Origin: Oikopleura dioica
Lineage: Eukaryota > Animalia > Chordata
Direction of reading: 5' to 3'
Length of the DNA: 64,000 nt
NCBI GenBank assembly: GCA_907165135.1
Contig: OU015569.1
Span: 10,106,001 to 10,170,000, forward strand
This document shows positions 29,301 to 43,454 of the stretch, in pieces (position 1 is the first letter of the stretch; each line of letters begins with the position of its first letter). Below the pieces are notes generated by a model. That model was given only the letters and a program-made list of their open reading frames with translations, was not told the origin of the DNA and ran no database searches. A program made the translations under genes and the position numbers.

Positions 29301-32300
29301 TGGCAACTTGAGTTGTCGTGGATCAGCAATGACACTTTTGTAGGAATTGTCTTCAATTATCATTTGCTGCATTTAGCGCTCTTTGTAGAGTCTTATCGGT
29401 GTTTGCAACAAAAATAGCATATTTCAACCAACACTTTGTCAAGTAAATACGCCAATTCTTTTGAATTAGTTATAATTCATAACTTATTTAATACTTTGTA
29501 ACGGATCAACGACAGTTCGATGACGAAACTTTAGTCAAATAAATAGCGTAAATAAATAGCTAAAATTGAGCTTTCTAGTTCGCCGAAACGACCAAAAAAA
29601 CAAGTGCGGCAGTGGGCACAAATTTCAAATTTTATTTTGAGTGACAACCATGTTGTCTATCGGAACAAAGGGCGAGCTTCGCAAAAATAATGTTTTCACT
29701 GAAAAGATAATTGTATAAAATTCCCTTTGAAAAGTTTAATCCCTCCCTGGAAGAAGGAAACTTTCCCCCGCGACCACTCGTCTGGGCAGGGTTAAATCAA
29801 TAAAGACATTTTTTGAGACTTCCAGTTCGAGCTGCGGCTCTAGAATTCCAACGCCCAGAGTCGGGTGTAGACACATGACGTTCCCAATCCAAGTTGTGGT
29901 ACTTCCAGGCACCTCTCATGGTTACCCTGCGAACATTTTGAATTGACTACTACTTACGCGCTAAATCAGCTTGGATCTTGCAAAAGTATCCTTTCCTTAA
30001 AATTTTCAACACGCTTTCCCGTGAGTGGAATAATGTAATCCTCCCAAAGCCATGTTTCTGGAAAATAATTGCGAACTTGGATTTCGTTCGTATAAACTCC
30101 TTCTGCCGTCGCAAAGAAGCCCTGTTCGCTGTTTTTCTTGAATATTTTAAATTTATTTCGAGAACGAAGAAAAAAATTCTTGAGATTGCGAGCTCGGTAG
30201 TGATTTGATTAACAAAATCATGATTTTTCCGATCGGCTATATAAAAGCGCCCTTTTTTAGCTTTTTCAAGCAGAATAAAGTGAGAGAGAAAATGGCTTCA
30301 ATACTCGTAGAAGCAAACGAAAGATACATAGGATATCTCAGCTGGAACGATGATGACGACGACGAGACTAGAATCGCAAATATAGCCCATCCCCTTTGCC
30401 GGGTAAAAGTGCTCATTGGAAACCGCTTCCATTACATAAACATTTTCAACACATGGGATGATGAATTCGAAGAGCTGCCGACAGCAAGCAAAGTCGATCC
30501 GTTCCCGAACAGAGAGTATTCCAAAAATGTGCTGAGAAATCTCGCTGAAAGATCGTTTGAAAGAAGGGGATTTCTATTCCATTTTTTCTTCCAGGAAAAT
30601 CTTTACGGCTTCGATTTAAAAAAGTACCACTGGCGTGCAACTTCAACTGAGGTATTTTTACGATATTTAAAAATGCGATTATTCTTTATTATTTCAGCTT
30701 CTTGCTGAGCTTGAGCTAGGTATTCGGGATCAGATGGGTCCCAGAGAAGAGAAAAAGAGAAAGAAGAGTTCTAAATCTGAGCGTGAAATCTTATGCGAAT
30801 CTGAAAGAGCGGAATCGGAAAATAATGGCTACCACGAAGTTATTGAAATCATTGATATTACTGATTAGGCAAAAGCTGCCTAAGAACCAACACTTGTACA
30901 TAGAATTCATTCCACGTTAATAAAGAACCACTTCTTAAAATTGCCTCCAAGTTATTATGAAAAACAGCATTCCTGAAGTGCGAGTTGCCGCATGGGCCGA
31001 ATTCCAGAGTTTGAAGTAAAATGGTTGTCGGCGGAGCCTTCGCATTGTCGGACAGGAATGTGCAGGTTGCTCCAAACGTTGAGATCTCCTTCGAGAAATG
31101 CATCATATGACAATTTGTAGTCCGAGAGTTTGTCACTGCCGTCCTGATTTGGGTGCTTGACCAAAATTTACAAAGAATGGGGAAAGGCCCCTTGTGGTAT
31201 AAGCTCAAAAGACCCATTCGTGAAGTGATCGCTTAAACCTGTGCTGAACCTCGCTAGCATACGTGAGAGGCTGCAAGGCGTCGCTTTCGTTTGATTCCCA
31301 GTCGTATAAATTACTTGAATTGGGCTGATTACTACTTCGCGAGCTAAAGCGCTGACCCTGAAACAAACAGTCAGAAAGCGGATCAAAAGGCTTGCGCCGG
31401 CACTTTCGCACCTGCATTGATTATAAACGAACATTGAGCTTCCGCCGAACGCTCGTTTACAATTTGACCTCGCGCTCTTCGACTATTGAAAAAAACCAAC
31501 CGTAACAGTAAAATAAATTATAAAAAATAAAAAGGCCCGTAACTTAAGGGTGGAGCAACGTCCGACGAGAAATCCAAGTCCAAACTGAATGGCTCACTAA
31601 TTTGACGGAATTTTCAAGCTGAATCGAAACCAAGATTGAAAGTGTTTTTTGAGATCCCGTTTCTTGAAGAGTTTCCTTTCTGTCGCGCGTAATACTCCAA
31701 TGTTCGACTGTTCATGACACTGTAAGGAACTGTAGGCGAGTTCTACTAGTCTGGCATCGGTGGTTTGAGCCGGAGAAGCCATTTGACACTAATGTTGATA
31801 AATAAAACTCGTTCCCTGGCGGCACGTTGCATTTGGTGAAATCCAGGCGAGCGTTGTATGGAAATTCGGTTCGATTTCTGATCCCGTCAATTATATCTTT
31901 CTTGCTGAATGTGTTTTGGCCTCGTTGCTTCACGTAAACACCGCGGTCGACCACGCCAAGGAGACATAGCGACCCGCCAGGTGCGCTTAATTCCACTCGC
32001 ACCTCTAAACTACATTTACAAACGAAGCAGGACTCCGACCAAAAGAAAGAGCGAAACTCGAATATTACCGTCTCCAGGCGCAGCTGTTTTGGAGTCGAAG
32101 CTAGCATCGACCCCGAAGGGAAGGCATCCCTCAAAGTCGATTTCGGAAATGTCGGTGACGAGAGAAGACTCAAGAGCAGACTTCTCCAGTGTCATGGTAG
32201 CAATAAGCTTAACGGAGTTCCTGTTTGGAATCGGAATATCGAGCCTGAACATGTAAAAATCTATAATCTAAGAATTCTATATCAAAAGATTAACCGTAAG

Positions 32301-35300
32301 GTGAACGAGCCACTCGTCGTCCGGACGCGACCGTCTTTTGAAACATCGGCCTCATCCCACTGATCCTCTGCTGAGCCACGCGATAATACTGCATGTGTGT
32401 TTTTTAGCAAACAGGCTCTTCGACTTTTAGCTCTCTTTAAAAAGAAAGTTTTTTTCTAAATTTAGGACTAAACGTGGAAAACACGATCCTTTCGATTCGT
32501 AGAGCTATTTCGGGGGCATCTTTGAATTTAATTATAGTAATCGTTAATTTAAAAGTAACCCAAAAAAATAACTTGGAAAACCCCCTTTCCGGCTGTGATG
32601 ATTGAGTACGCGAATTTCGACACGTCGTTCTACAATTTTTATTTTAATGATATGTTTTAAGCTGTGATATTTGTGTGTATGTTCGACCGTTAGCGCGCGA
32701 TCCTTAAATATTTCGATATCAAGAGAGAGCACGAATATTTGCGGTGAACTCATGTTTTCTAAGAAGTTACATTTAACGAGCACTGGCCATTCCCGTCACA
32801 CTCGGTGACGTATCGATAATGTACATTGACCAACGCGGGCGCATCGCAAGAAACCGCTGTGATGGGCTTTCGAGGTTAAATCGAGGTCTAGCGAAAGCGC
32901 GAAAGATCGAACTCAAGGACTCTACTTTCTCATTTTGAAATTACTATTAATAGATTCAAAAACAGAGGTAACTGAGACGGGTTTCAATTGAAATTTGCAA
33001 CAGAATTAATCTGTTGTAAGCTCATAAAATTGACCAAGAACACTTGACTTCGATTTAACCCTTCACGGGTCGATTCGAATGTACGATCCGCCGCGCATTT
33101 GATCCTCCATCCATGCTTTTGCTTAGGTTCGTAAATATAGACTATCGATTTCTCAATTTGCGAGTTCTAACTGACTCCTGTGTTTAAAGACAACACAGGT
33201 TTTGGATGCGTTCTGCTTTGGCTAAAACAACGAACAGTTCCTTTCAGTTTGATTTTTTCCGAGGACTCGACCATGATTTGATGGTGACCTATTAGGTAGA
33301 AGTGAAAATTTATATTTACAATAAGCGACTTTTGATCCTTTGGATTTCGTCTTCACTTCTTTCCTGTTATAATTTTGTTGTCTGGTGCGACCTCTACACG
33401 GATTGTGATGATTTTCGAGTTTTTAACTGGGGTGAAAGAAACAGTGATTTTACCATTTTCGTCGGTCGTGTAGTTTTGATCTAAAAGAAATGAAGAATAA
33501 GCTTGAATCGTCTGCAGACTGCGGCAACCTTTTTTGTAAAAATAATCCGCGAAATCGGACTTAGCATAGTCGATAAGCACCAAAACTGTCTTCCCAGCTG
33601 CAGGTTTGCCGTTGTCGTTTCTTTTGATAAACACGTCTGTAGTGTAAGGACGGGTGTCGTCAAATTTGAAAGTGTCGCGGTAATTGGCGAATGCGATCTC
33701 GAAATGCTGTTTAGAGATATCGATGATCCTCTGATGCTGCTGGATAACGCCAGTTCCTTCTTCTTCGACGGCCAGTGAAACGTTGAACTGCTTCCCCCAC
33801 AGATCACGTTCTGCCTGGATCATCTTTCCACTCGTTATCAATTATTCTATTGCTATTCAAAATCTTGCTCTCCTCGCTATTGATTGATTTGATAACTGTA
33901 ACAGACTGACGGAAATGTCGAAATTGACGCAGCCATCAACATCGAGCATTTTCTGCTCGTTAATTGCCACTGCGCTTTTGTAGAAAAGATGACTCTTGTG
34001 GATCAAGTTGACATTAATTTCAGCAAAACCAGTTACGGGCGTCTGCCAAAGAATGTACTTTGCGCAAGCCGTAAGACGAAGGTCTGCAGTCGGAATAAAA
34101 AGTGATTAATTCATTTTTTCATGTTTAGAGAGTCAAAAATTTTTTATTATTCCGATGCTGAGTCTGCACGAACTACGTCGGGCATGTCAAATGTGATGTC
34201 GAATTTGGGAAGGTGGTATTCCTCGATGTCGAATACAGTTACGTACGTTTGACGATACCCGTCCAGCGCGACTTTTATCTTCCACTGTCCATGCGTGGCC
34301 GAGTCGACCAGCTCGAACTCGCCTTGGCTGAAGCCTTTCACGAGCGCCGCGTTTTCTTTCTTGTTTATTTGAATCCCTTCCGCGCTGATGAGAGTAACAT
34401 CGCAGAACCCGTCGTAAAGAGAGAAGTCGGTCCTCATTACGATTACCCTGTATTTTACGGTCTTTTCGCGAGCTCTTTTCTGAACGATTTTAGAGTCCTT
34501 GAGAAGTCAAATCAGTGGAGAGTGAGTACGCGCCTGACCAGGTGAGTATATTTTCTTGTCGGTTTGGGTGAAAACCACGAAGTTCTCCTTGCGCACCACA
34601 ACCGAGTATTTTTCTGTTGTCAAGAGATCGCGAAACATAGAACGCCAGATTTAACGTTTTTCATGGATTTAGGGATCTTTCCTGTTTTACTGTCAAAGCT
34701 TTTGAAATTCCTTTATGATGAAATCTTACTAACGACAAATTGATCGGATCAAATAGAAACCTTCATAATAGTGCATTTATATTTCAAAATCGAGTAAGAA
34801 AATATTAAAGCCTTCCTTTTAATTTCATTTTCTTGCGGGTCCAAGAGAGTGACCTTTGCCTCGCCGAGGAAATTATTGGGCACTTCTGTTCCCGATATTA
34901 GAAAATCCCGTTTATCAATAATGCTTTCCGCGGGAATACCAAAACTGCAAAAATAAACACTCGAAATTTGGAATGCCAAGTTTCTGATCCAAAATTAGTC
35001 AGATAATTCTTTTTTTCATGATTTCTTTTCAAGTCACATTTTGGTACTGGGCCTGTGTCTATCCACTTTGTATTTGAAGCATCCATCAGTCCTAGTCGAC
35101 CAGCTGAATTCCTGCCTAAAGGCAACTCTGTTCATGAGACAAGAGCCGAAGGTGTCGATTTCTCCAGCAGCCGGAGAATAGGGACTATAAGAGCAGCCTT
35201 TTCGATAAAGACGGCAGTTTTGATCTTCAGAATCGACATAGAACGCGTCGCAGTCTTCGCTTTGGAAGCATTTGTCCCAGCAGTCGTCAATTGAATACGG

Positions 35301-35694
35301 ACGTTCGTTGTAAATCATAAACTCCTGGCAGAGGCGACGAGATCGCTCATCAATCGGACCGAACTCGCTTTCGTCAGTTTTCATCGGGCCCGTCCAACTT
35401 TCGCGACATTTCGTCGAGTTCATTTCTAGCTTCAAAGTGTAGTTCGAGCTTGCCTTGCCAATGTTCCAATTAAGGCAGACTATCTCGGTTTAAACAAAGA
35501 TGCTCGTTCGTGAGTTTTACCGCGGCTTCATGAAAATGGAACCGCGCATGCTTATTTAGAAAGGAACGAAGTGAAACCGAAACTGCGTGTTCGCCACTCA
35601 CATCGACGTGCCTGTCCATTGTGGCGAGGAATTCCAGCTGGCGGCCGCAGTGTACCACCTGCCAAAGCAGCACCACCAAAGATGATACTCGCAT
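23330..35694 (-). CDS. Alpha-2-macroglobulin/CD109-type thioester-containing protein with an N-terminal PAN-like module and about 5 C-terminal EGF/cbEGF repeats
   Basis: Signal peptide MRVSSLVVLLWQVVHCG; EEYHLPKFDITF; VRNYFPETWLW; PGSTTTWIGNVMC; intact thioester EPMGCGEQNLARLYPN; STWLTSFAVKVL; WLVGQRNRLGGWRNTQDTVAAL; receptor-binding-domain SVYDYYD; then EGF repeats including EDVNEC..CVNTPGSYEC and VDIDEC..CFNSEGSFNC. Confidence 0.9.
30292..30868 (+). CDS. Nested antisense two-exon gene (176 aa, uncharacterised) inside an intron of the A2M-like gene
   Basis: ATG 30292; GT-AG intron 30652-30697; in-frame second exon LLAELELGIRDQ...IEIIDITD* ending 30868. Host exons flank it at about 30960+ and about 30140-. 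Confidence 0.55.
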
Positions 35695-38600
35695 ACGAGC
35701 ACGCTCCATTCTTCCAGCTTCTCTTCGTCTTTTCGTAGTAGAAGCTTTCTCTCGCTCTTCCTCTCTGCTAAAACATTTGAAAATGTATTTTATAGTGAAT
35801 CTTTGAATTGTAATCAGCTAAAGAGTGTTGTATTTGTATTTTGTGTCTTGGGATTGATCAATCACACCTAATAAAGCCAAAATCGTGCGAAAAGCAGCTC
35901 CGCGACTCCAGAAGGTTCCTAAATTCTCCAAAGCCTTCTTCTTTCTAGCGATGAGAGATACAGTGCGATATAAAAGCGATAATTGATAGGATAAAAATTG
36001 AATTAGAAAGACCTTCTCATATTGAAAGGAATTGAAAATGTCAAAGCTCAGCGGGTCATCGCATCGCCATTGCCATGGAAGTCAAGGCGAAAAATCACGA
36101 AAACGAGAGAAGTTGCTTCGGAATCTCCACAGATGCTTCTTGGCATGGTTGGCGATATTTCGCTTTTTAGTTATTTGATACTCTCCAGCCATAAATAAAG
36201 CGGCTATGGCCAAACTTTCCAAATATATTGGAAGCTCCTTCAACGCTGGAAAACCAAGTATAAACTAGGAACTTAAAACACGAACTTGCAAGCTTTTTTT
36301 TCAGCTTTAGACGGTTGTTATGTTGAAGAAAAATCAAATGGGAAGAAATTATCGGAAATCGCGATCGATTTTACAGCGCCATTTATCGACGACTCTTCGT
36401 CGGAAGTTGCCAAAAATTTTTCGTACCAAGGATAGTTTTTAGTCGTAAATATATATTTTATTAAATCAAGCATGGCTATCTTATGCGAGGAAACTCAACA
36501 TTCAGACGATGTATTCAGCCTGTCAGGTAATTCAGCCGTGTCCGATATTGATTCGTCTCAAAGTCGGAATCAAGGAAGAGTCAATTGACTCAAAATTGCT
36601 CGGTGACTAGAGCAAAGAGCAAATTATTCTGTTGAGGCAACAAATGGTCGTTTTAGGAAACAACGGTATCTGAAGCGGAATGATCCAGGAAGGTACAGTG
36701 CAAAAGGAAACGTGGGATAATTCACTGTGCAGCGTTTGACTTCGATGACACATTTGATTACAGTATTTATTTTTCGATGATAGCTTTTTAGACCTGGCGC
36801 GCTTTCTATTTGAGCAAACTTATATGTCAGAGTATTTGCAGGATAAAAACTGCCGCGTATTCTTCTTTTACCTCCATTAACTTTTCTTCGCGCTTCTATA
36901 ATCAGAATTATCCCACTTGGAGCGAAAATTTTCGAGAGAGAAGGAAGAAAACAAGCTGGATTTTCAAAGTTGCCGTCGAAAAATTATGAGAAACTGGAGA
37001 ATTTCACCAGTCGTCAACTTACCACGTAAGTTGCCCGTTTGTATATTCATATCTTTGCCGCGTAAATAGAGAGCAACGAACATAATAACCACGAAACACA
37101 AAAGAAATAGGAACATATTTGTTCAGAGAATGCAAATTTTCTCATAGCCGACATAAAATTTTTATTGCGCGGGTTTTCGCCTTTTTGTCTTTCTATAAGC
37201 CTCCTTATTCAGCTATCCAAAGAAAAAAAATAATACAGAAGTTATTTGTCCCGCGCGGAGGGACTTAATCACTGTCACAGAAAATGGCCACAGTATACCG
37301 TTATATACAGTGCATTAACATTTTGCTTATACATTTCGTCTTCCGTCTTTTGACGAAATGCGGTTCAATGGGGGTAGTTAGATATCCTGGCGGTCGGTCT
37401 CTGAAGCTGCGACTGTATCGTGAGAAAAACACATAAATCCCTTGTCAGTAGAGAACATAAAATAATTCATGAACGTCATCTCGAGCTCAGATCTTTCCCA
37501 CTTCTCTTTTCCCGCTAGACTCAATTTTCCGGCACCAGAAAAGATTTTCATTGCGACTTAACAGTAGTTCAAAAAAAGAAGAGTTCTGAGTAGTGAATTG
37601 TTATCGAATCTCTGAATGGTGGTCCTGTGGGGACTCTTGAGATCTGTTATAAAGAGATAATAGTTTCTGGGACTCTGAAGAGTGCGCCGCTCGAGAGCTA
37701 GAGCGTGGGAAAGGTTGTGGAGCCCGTTTTACTATTATTATTGAGCAAGTGAGATGTTTATGGAAGAGCAGCCTTCGAAAATCGCGAAATAAATCATCAA
37801 AGAGAAGTGGTGAGCATACACAACGGCCGAATTTGTCTTCTTGACACATCCGGCGATTAAACGTACGCCACCTGCGTGTGCCCTGTAACATTGTTAAATA
37901 TGTTCAGTACTTCAGCCGTGCACTTTTTCCGTCGCAAGTTTTTTTCCGAATTCCCATGCTCATCACTTTTTAAACAGAGCAAGATGGTTCTTCGTACTTA
38001 TTTGATACCCAAAATTCACAGTATAAAAAGTGCGCAATAATAACGATCGGAATTTCCGATGTTAGCGTTTTCGCGCGTTTTCAATTTACAAAAGACGCCG
38101 GAAATTTGTTCTTTCTGCGCGAGAATAGGAAAAATCAGCTTTTTAAGAATAGTCAAGGACATGAAAGTGAATTCGATCATAAATCACTTTTTTCAGAATT
38201 TTATTGTTTTTGCTTTTTGAGCGATTGCCCCTGTCATTTCAGAGAGATCGAGCGACTCTTAAAGCTTCAGAAGATTCAACTTAGCTTAGGGTCCTTCAGT
38301 AGCCTTCCTTTCTAAAGAGGACTTCGTGTTTTAACGCAGATGTTGATGATCAAGTCGAGAGGCTCGACTAACAAGTCTCTGACATTTACAATGATGCGTA
38401 CGCTCTAAAATTTAGGTCTTAATGTTAATTTGACTCGTGTGTGCCCAACTGCGTTAACTCCTGCGCAAATGCCTTGACCATTCTGACGGATTGCTTCTGA
38501 GAGTGTTTCTTAAATTTTCTTTTTTGTTTCTAATTTTTACTGCGTTTTTTTTTTTCTTCGTTACCTGTGCTCTATTCGGGCGCAGCAAAGCGCTAACTCG

Positions 38601-38802
38601 CCACTTTGTGTGGACTTTTTGGATCCTTTTGTGAGCTTCTTTTGGAGCATTTTTTTTATTTTTCAGCAACGCGCGACGGGTCATTTTCAAATGTCCAAAT
38701 AGGCTTGATTGATCCTCAAATTACCTCAGCATTATTCTCTTCAGAAACAAGAAGCCCCTCACAAATGCAGAAAACTCGTTGAGAAGGAGTCGCACGAAAA
38801 CG

Positions 38803-41800
38803 ATGAGTGAAACAGGAAAACTGAGGAAGTCGAAGACACTCAAGGACAAAAAATCCATCAGCTGGTTCAACTTCGAGAGAATTTTCAAGTTTCGACGAAA
38901 AACGCCGAATTCTCTTCAAAAGGTTTGTCATTTACTTTCTAAGAGAATGTTCGAACTACTAGTAACTTAATAATTTGAATAAAAAAAATTGTTTCAACGT
39001 AAAATCTAGTCTACAGAAAAACTGCCCTTGTCAGAATCAACAAATACGACCCCGTCGAAGCCGAAACGAGAAGCTCAGTTTGAGGTCAAGAATGAGAGGG
39101 AAACGCAGCCGCAGTCAAATGAAAATGCGGACTCGCGGAATTATTTCAAGGAAATCGAAACGCCGCAAACTTCGAACGCCGGAGTGACAGTAAGTAACGA
39201 CACTGTCCGTCGACATCATCAACTTTACACGTCTCGAACATCGTTGTCCACACAAAGCCGGGTTGATACTAGCAGCAAGTTCAACAAGTCAAACAAAGCG
39301 TAAAACTTCATTCATTTTTATGTTTCTATCTCATCACTAATTTTACGCCATAATCTTTAAATCGTAACTCGTCCTCATCCCCAAACACAGTCTTCAAAAA
39401 TTAACACCATATGTCTCACAGCGGCCTCCACGACCATCTCATAACTCTCAGAGCAAAACCTCTTGGTCGGTTCAATTGCGCGATCGCGTTGGTCCTCGGC
39501 CAAGTCGCCCCGAATCTTCGAAGCCTTTCCTCTCGGAAGATGCGCGCAACTACTCAAGCCAGTTGAACCTAAGATGCAGGTGAGGGAATCGAAAGAAGAA
39601 ACAAGTTCATTTTATTCAGTATGCCTATCCTCAACCCCGAAGGATTGACCTTTTCCTGCTTCCCCCGAGAAATGGCAGTTGATGTTGGCTTTGCAAAAGC
39701 TGAAAATGATCGCTGGAAACGACACTCAATAGCTGTAACATTCCAAGAACCTGAATCTCAAAATACTGCGACCATGGTTGTGTCGCCGGCGACGGAACCT
39801 GATCCAGTTCTCAAAACGCGCTCGAAATCTACAAAATCTGCTACTCGTCCAACTTCCTCCGTGATCCCGAGCGATATACCTGAAGAAGCCAACTTGAATT
39901 CGCCACTTTTGCAAAGAGATTGTTTGATCAACAGGAAAATGTCAAAATCTGTTCAGGAGAGGTTAAAAGTGCCGTTAAAACAACAACTGCCGCGTAGATG
40001 AAAATAACAAGGAGGTCTTCGACATTTTAGGAAAAAAATTATTGTCTATCTTAAGCACGGATGATTAACCGAACTGAAAGGCTGTCGATAGCGAGAATTT
40101 TCCCCAAATGACTTCCGACGGAGTGCTCCAAAGCCAAAAACCGTTGCGCGCCTCTTCAAAGATCGAGAGGCTCAAGGCAGAAGCACTTTGGGACTATAAA
40201 TCGTACGACCCAGAGGAGCTTTCTTTCTCTGTTGGCGATACCATCGAAATTATTGAGCGCTGTGACTCTAATTGGTGGTGGGCTAGCTCTGAAATTGATA
40301 TAGGCTGGAGTTTAGATTTATACACGCTATCAAAACGCATGGCATTAAAACTCTGATCAGGATGGGTACCTGCTCCGTTTCTCAGACTAAAAATAAATCA
40401 GAAAGAATCGAAACGACTTTCTAACAATACGACGATCCGCGAAAAAGTTCTTCATGAATTACTTCAGAGCGAGCGCGACTATGTCAGACATTTACGAGGT
40501 GAGCTATCCGCAAGACATTTCCGTCGATTTATACGTTTAGCCAAATACTCTAACGGTAACAATTCAGGTGTGATCAATGGCTATCTCATAACCTGCGAAA
40601 ACAAGAAAGAGTTCTTTTCGGAAGATGACCTCCTGCTCATTTTCGGGAATCTAAAAGAAATAATGGTCTTTCAGCAAAACTTTCTCCAAAAACTAGAGAC
40701 TGCGTATGAACAAGAACAGTCTGTTGAGCATATAGGCAATGTGTGATCTAAAATTCTATTCTGGTAATATCAACTGGTCATTTTTCACACTCAATAAGCT
40801 AATGCGTTTTTGGAAAATGCCGATTCCTTCGAAATCTACTCAGTTTACTGCAATAACCACCCCGCCGCATGCGCGAAGCTCAAGTCGCTTATGGAACTTG
40901 TGCAGTACAGGATATTCTTTGAAACTTGCCGACTCAAGCAGAAAATGATCGAGATCGACATTTGCGGTTTTCTTCTCACTCCCGTCCAAAAGATATGCAA
41001 ATACCCGCTGCAACTCAGCGAGTTGCTGAAAAGCTTACCGCCTGCTGACAAAAACTACGATGTTGTGGCCAAAGCCAAACACAAGATGGAACAAATCGCA
41101 CTGCTTATAAATGAACGGAAGAGACGATTCGAGGAACAATCAAAGATCATAAGGTGGCAAGCGAATTGTCGTAAATGGAAAGGCCCTGACATCATTCAAA
41201 ACAGGTAAAATCAACAACGAGGGCAATTTAAACTTCAAAGAGTTCGTCCTGAATATTATCGGAACTTATCGAACTTTCTAAGAGAAATTCGTGTACTAAG
41301 ATGGCTGCCGCTTTCCGGCCTCTGAGCCGGAAACGCCACAAGAATAAACTTATGTGCGCGCAGAAAACTGCTTCCGGTCTTTTTGACATCGACATTTGCG
41401 CAGACGAATATACTTTGATCCGTCTGCCATATTCGATACTGTCATACACCAAAAATAGCACGCGAATTCCCAGCAATGAGCTCGTAAATTATCATTTTGC
41501 TACTGTTCAAAATCTGTGCTCACGTGTTCACCTACAAAAAGGCCCTAAACTTATGCAAACGGAACGCTCTTAGCGCATAATAATTGATATTTAAGTTCAA
41601 TGCTTGTACGCTCAGGAGCGGCGATCCTATCATTCCAGAACAGAAGAGAACAACTTCATCGCCACGCTTTTCTATTCAACCATCAGATCGTTCTCGTCAA
41701 GCAGGATAGGGCAGACTGTGTGACTCTGCGTGAACGAATCGACCTCCGTTACGCTCTAGAAGCACCGAGTTCAAAAGGTACGACCGGCTTTTGGTTTAGG

Positions 41801-42235
41801 GAGGCTAGATTCTCACACTCCTATAATCTCTTTAATTTTCATTGTGCTGCACCTGTCTGAAAAGAAATTAAGCGAGCTTATTTAGGGATAACGATGATCA
41901 TTGAGGATAATGACGGGCTGGAAACCGCGCAAATTACTCTTTCATTCAAACGGGATCATCTTAAATGGGCGACCCTTATTAACGCGGAGATCGTCAACTC
42001 GCGTAAAGCTCGAGCGACCCCGAATTTTCATCTTATAGACAAGGATCGCCCAAGGTCTACCGTAATGGTAAGTAGCCAGCGCTTTTGATTTAAAGTTTCA
42101 CGATCGTCTTAGCGGGAATGGAAGAACCGAGACTCGCTAAAGCAAAATTGGAAAAGAACCTCTCTGAGCAACTTCGTCAAAGGGCTTTCATCATTTGACT
42201 CCGCGCAGCTTGACGAGGATCCACAAATAACCTAA
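38803..42235 (+). CDS. SH3-DH-PH Rho guanine nucleotide exchange factor of the ARHGEF4 (Asef)/ARHGEF9 (collybistin)/SPATA13 family with a long low-complexity N-terminus
   Basis: SH3 AEALWDYK...ELSFSVGDTIEI...NWWW...GWVPAPF; DH ELLQSERDYVRHL, IFGNL, FEIYSVYCNNHP, GFLLTPVQKICKYPLQL, INERKRR; PH FLFNHQIVLVK. The start codon is uncertain. Confidence 0.9.
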
Positions 42236-42903
42236 TATCTTCAATATTTTCCGTATTTCAGAAACATCAAACCTTGAAGCCTCCCCATTTCCGCTGATTC
42301 AAACACTGTCAAGTTCAAAGTAAATAATCTACATATATTCACAAGAGTTGTTTTTTTGGGGGAGACACGGCTAAACAGGCTCTTGTATATTTTCTACGCC
42401 CAAGGAAAAACACTAATCAGGATATGATCGAATGGACAGTCAATAAATCTTGTTGAATCCGCAGTAATTATAAAAATCAACGGTCAGCTCTAGTAAAATA
42501 TCTGTAAAGATCCTACGAGCTTAGCACTTGGTCACAACAGAAAGTGCAAAAATATTTCATTCCAAGTATTTCTATTATAGAGAAATATAACGCTATGGAA
42601 AAGGTACTTCGTCGGAATTAGATTTTTCAGGAAATATATGAAATGTTTCACTAGAGAACTTATTTAGGAACCAGTGGCTAAATTGCCATCAGTTAGTTCG
42701 AAATGTTCGATCTCATCGCAGACGGGATTGAAGAGAAATAACTCGTCAATAATTCTATTCCAAGATCACTCAATTCCAGGAAACTTGGCTGAAAACAGTT
42801 ACTAGAGAGTAAAGGCACTAAATCTATCATAGAGATAAATAATAATAGCTAAATAAAAGTGGTCGTGGAGCCGAAATCGCACGCAGACGAAGGGCTTGAA
42901 ACA

Positions 42904-43298
42904 ATGCTGGACGGCCACGACGAGCCCAGAACATGGCAAAATGGGGTTTGCGCTCCTGTGAACCCAGCTCGTTGCTGCTTTTCTAATGTCTGCCCTTGCC
43001 TGTCGGCAGGCTACTTGGCGCGAAAAATTGGCAGTCCTTCAGGCACAAATATTTTGTATTTTAATTTAAAGAGTTCATTAAGCTTTGGTCGCCGTTTTCG
43101 GAACACTTTTCTGCTACCCGCTGATGATCTGCCACATCAGAGGGAAAGTGAGAGAACAGCTTGACCTGGACGCTGGTCTAATCGAAGGTAATACTAAGCT
43201 TCTAGACAACATTAAACCATTTGTTTGAAGATATCTCGTGCAGCTTGTGCCTCCCCGGCTGTGCATTAGAACAAGCTTTTAATGAGCTACCGAACTAG
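42904..43298 (+). CDS. PLAC8/cornifelin-family Cys-rich protein
   Basis: MLDGHDEPRTWQNGVC...CCFSNVCPCLSAGYLARKIG..|ALVAVFGTLFCYPLMICHIRGKVREQLDL..|DISCSLCLPGCALEQAFNEL*. Matches the PLAC8 pattern W..G.C..C..CPC / C..R..vR / D..C..CaL.Q..El. Intron 43043-43082 is GC-AG. Confidence 0.8.
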
Positions 43299-43454
43299 AA
43301 AGAACGAAGACACTGCTTCATATTCACAGAAAGTGTAAATAGTGAAAAAATACATTTAGTTTGAATATATTCTACAGAAATTGTTCAAAAGTAGGCAGCA
43401 GTAAGGAAACGAAAATGAGATGAATGAATCACAGGAAGAAAATTGAGATTGGAA

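Noticed and set aside
35830-38400. Possible gene(s) between the A2M-like gene and the RhoGEF
   Set aside because: Only short open segments were found, with no consistent splice model or recognisable motif.
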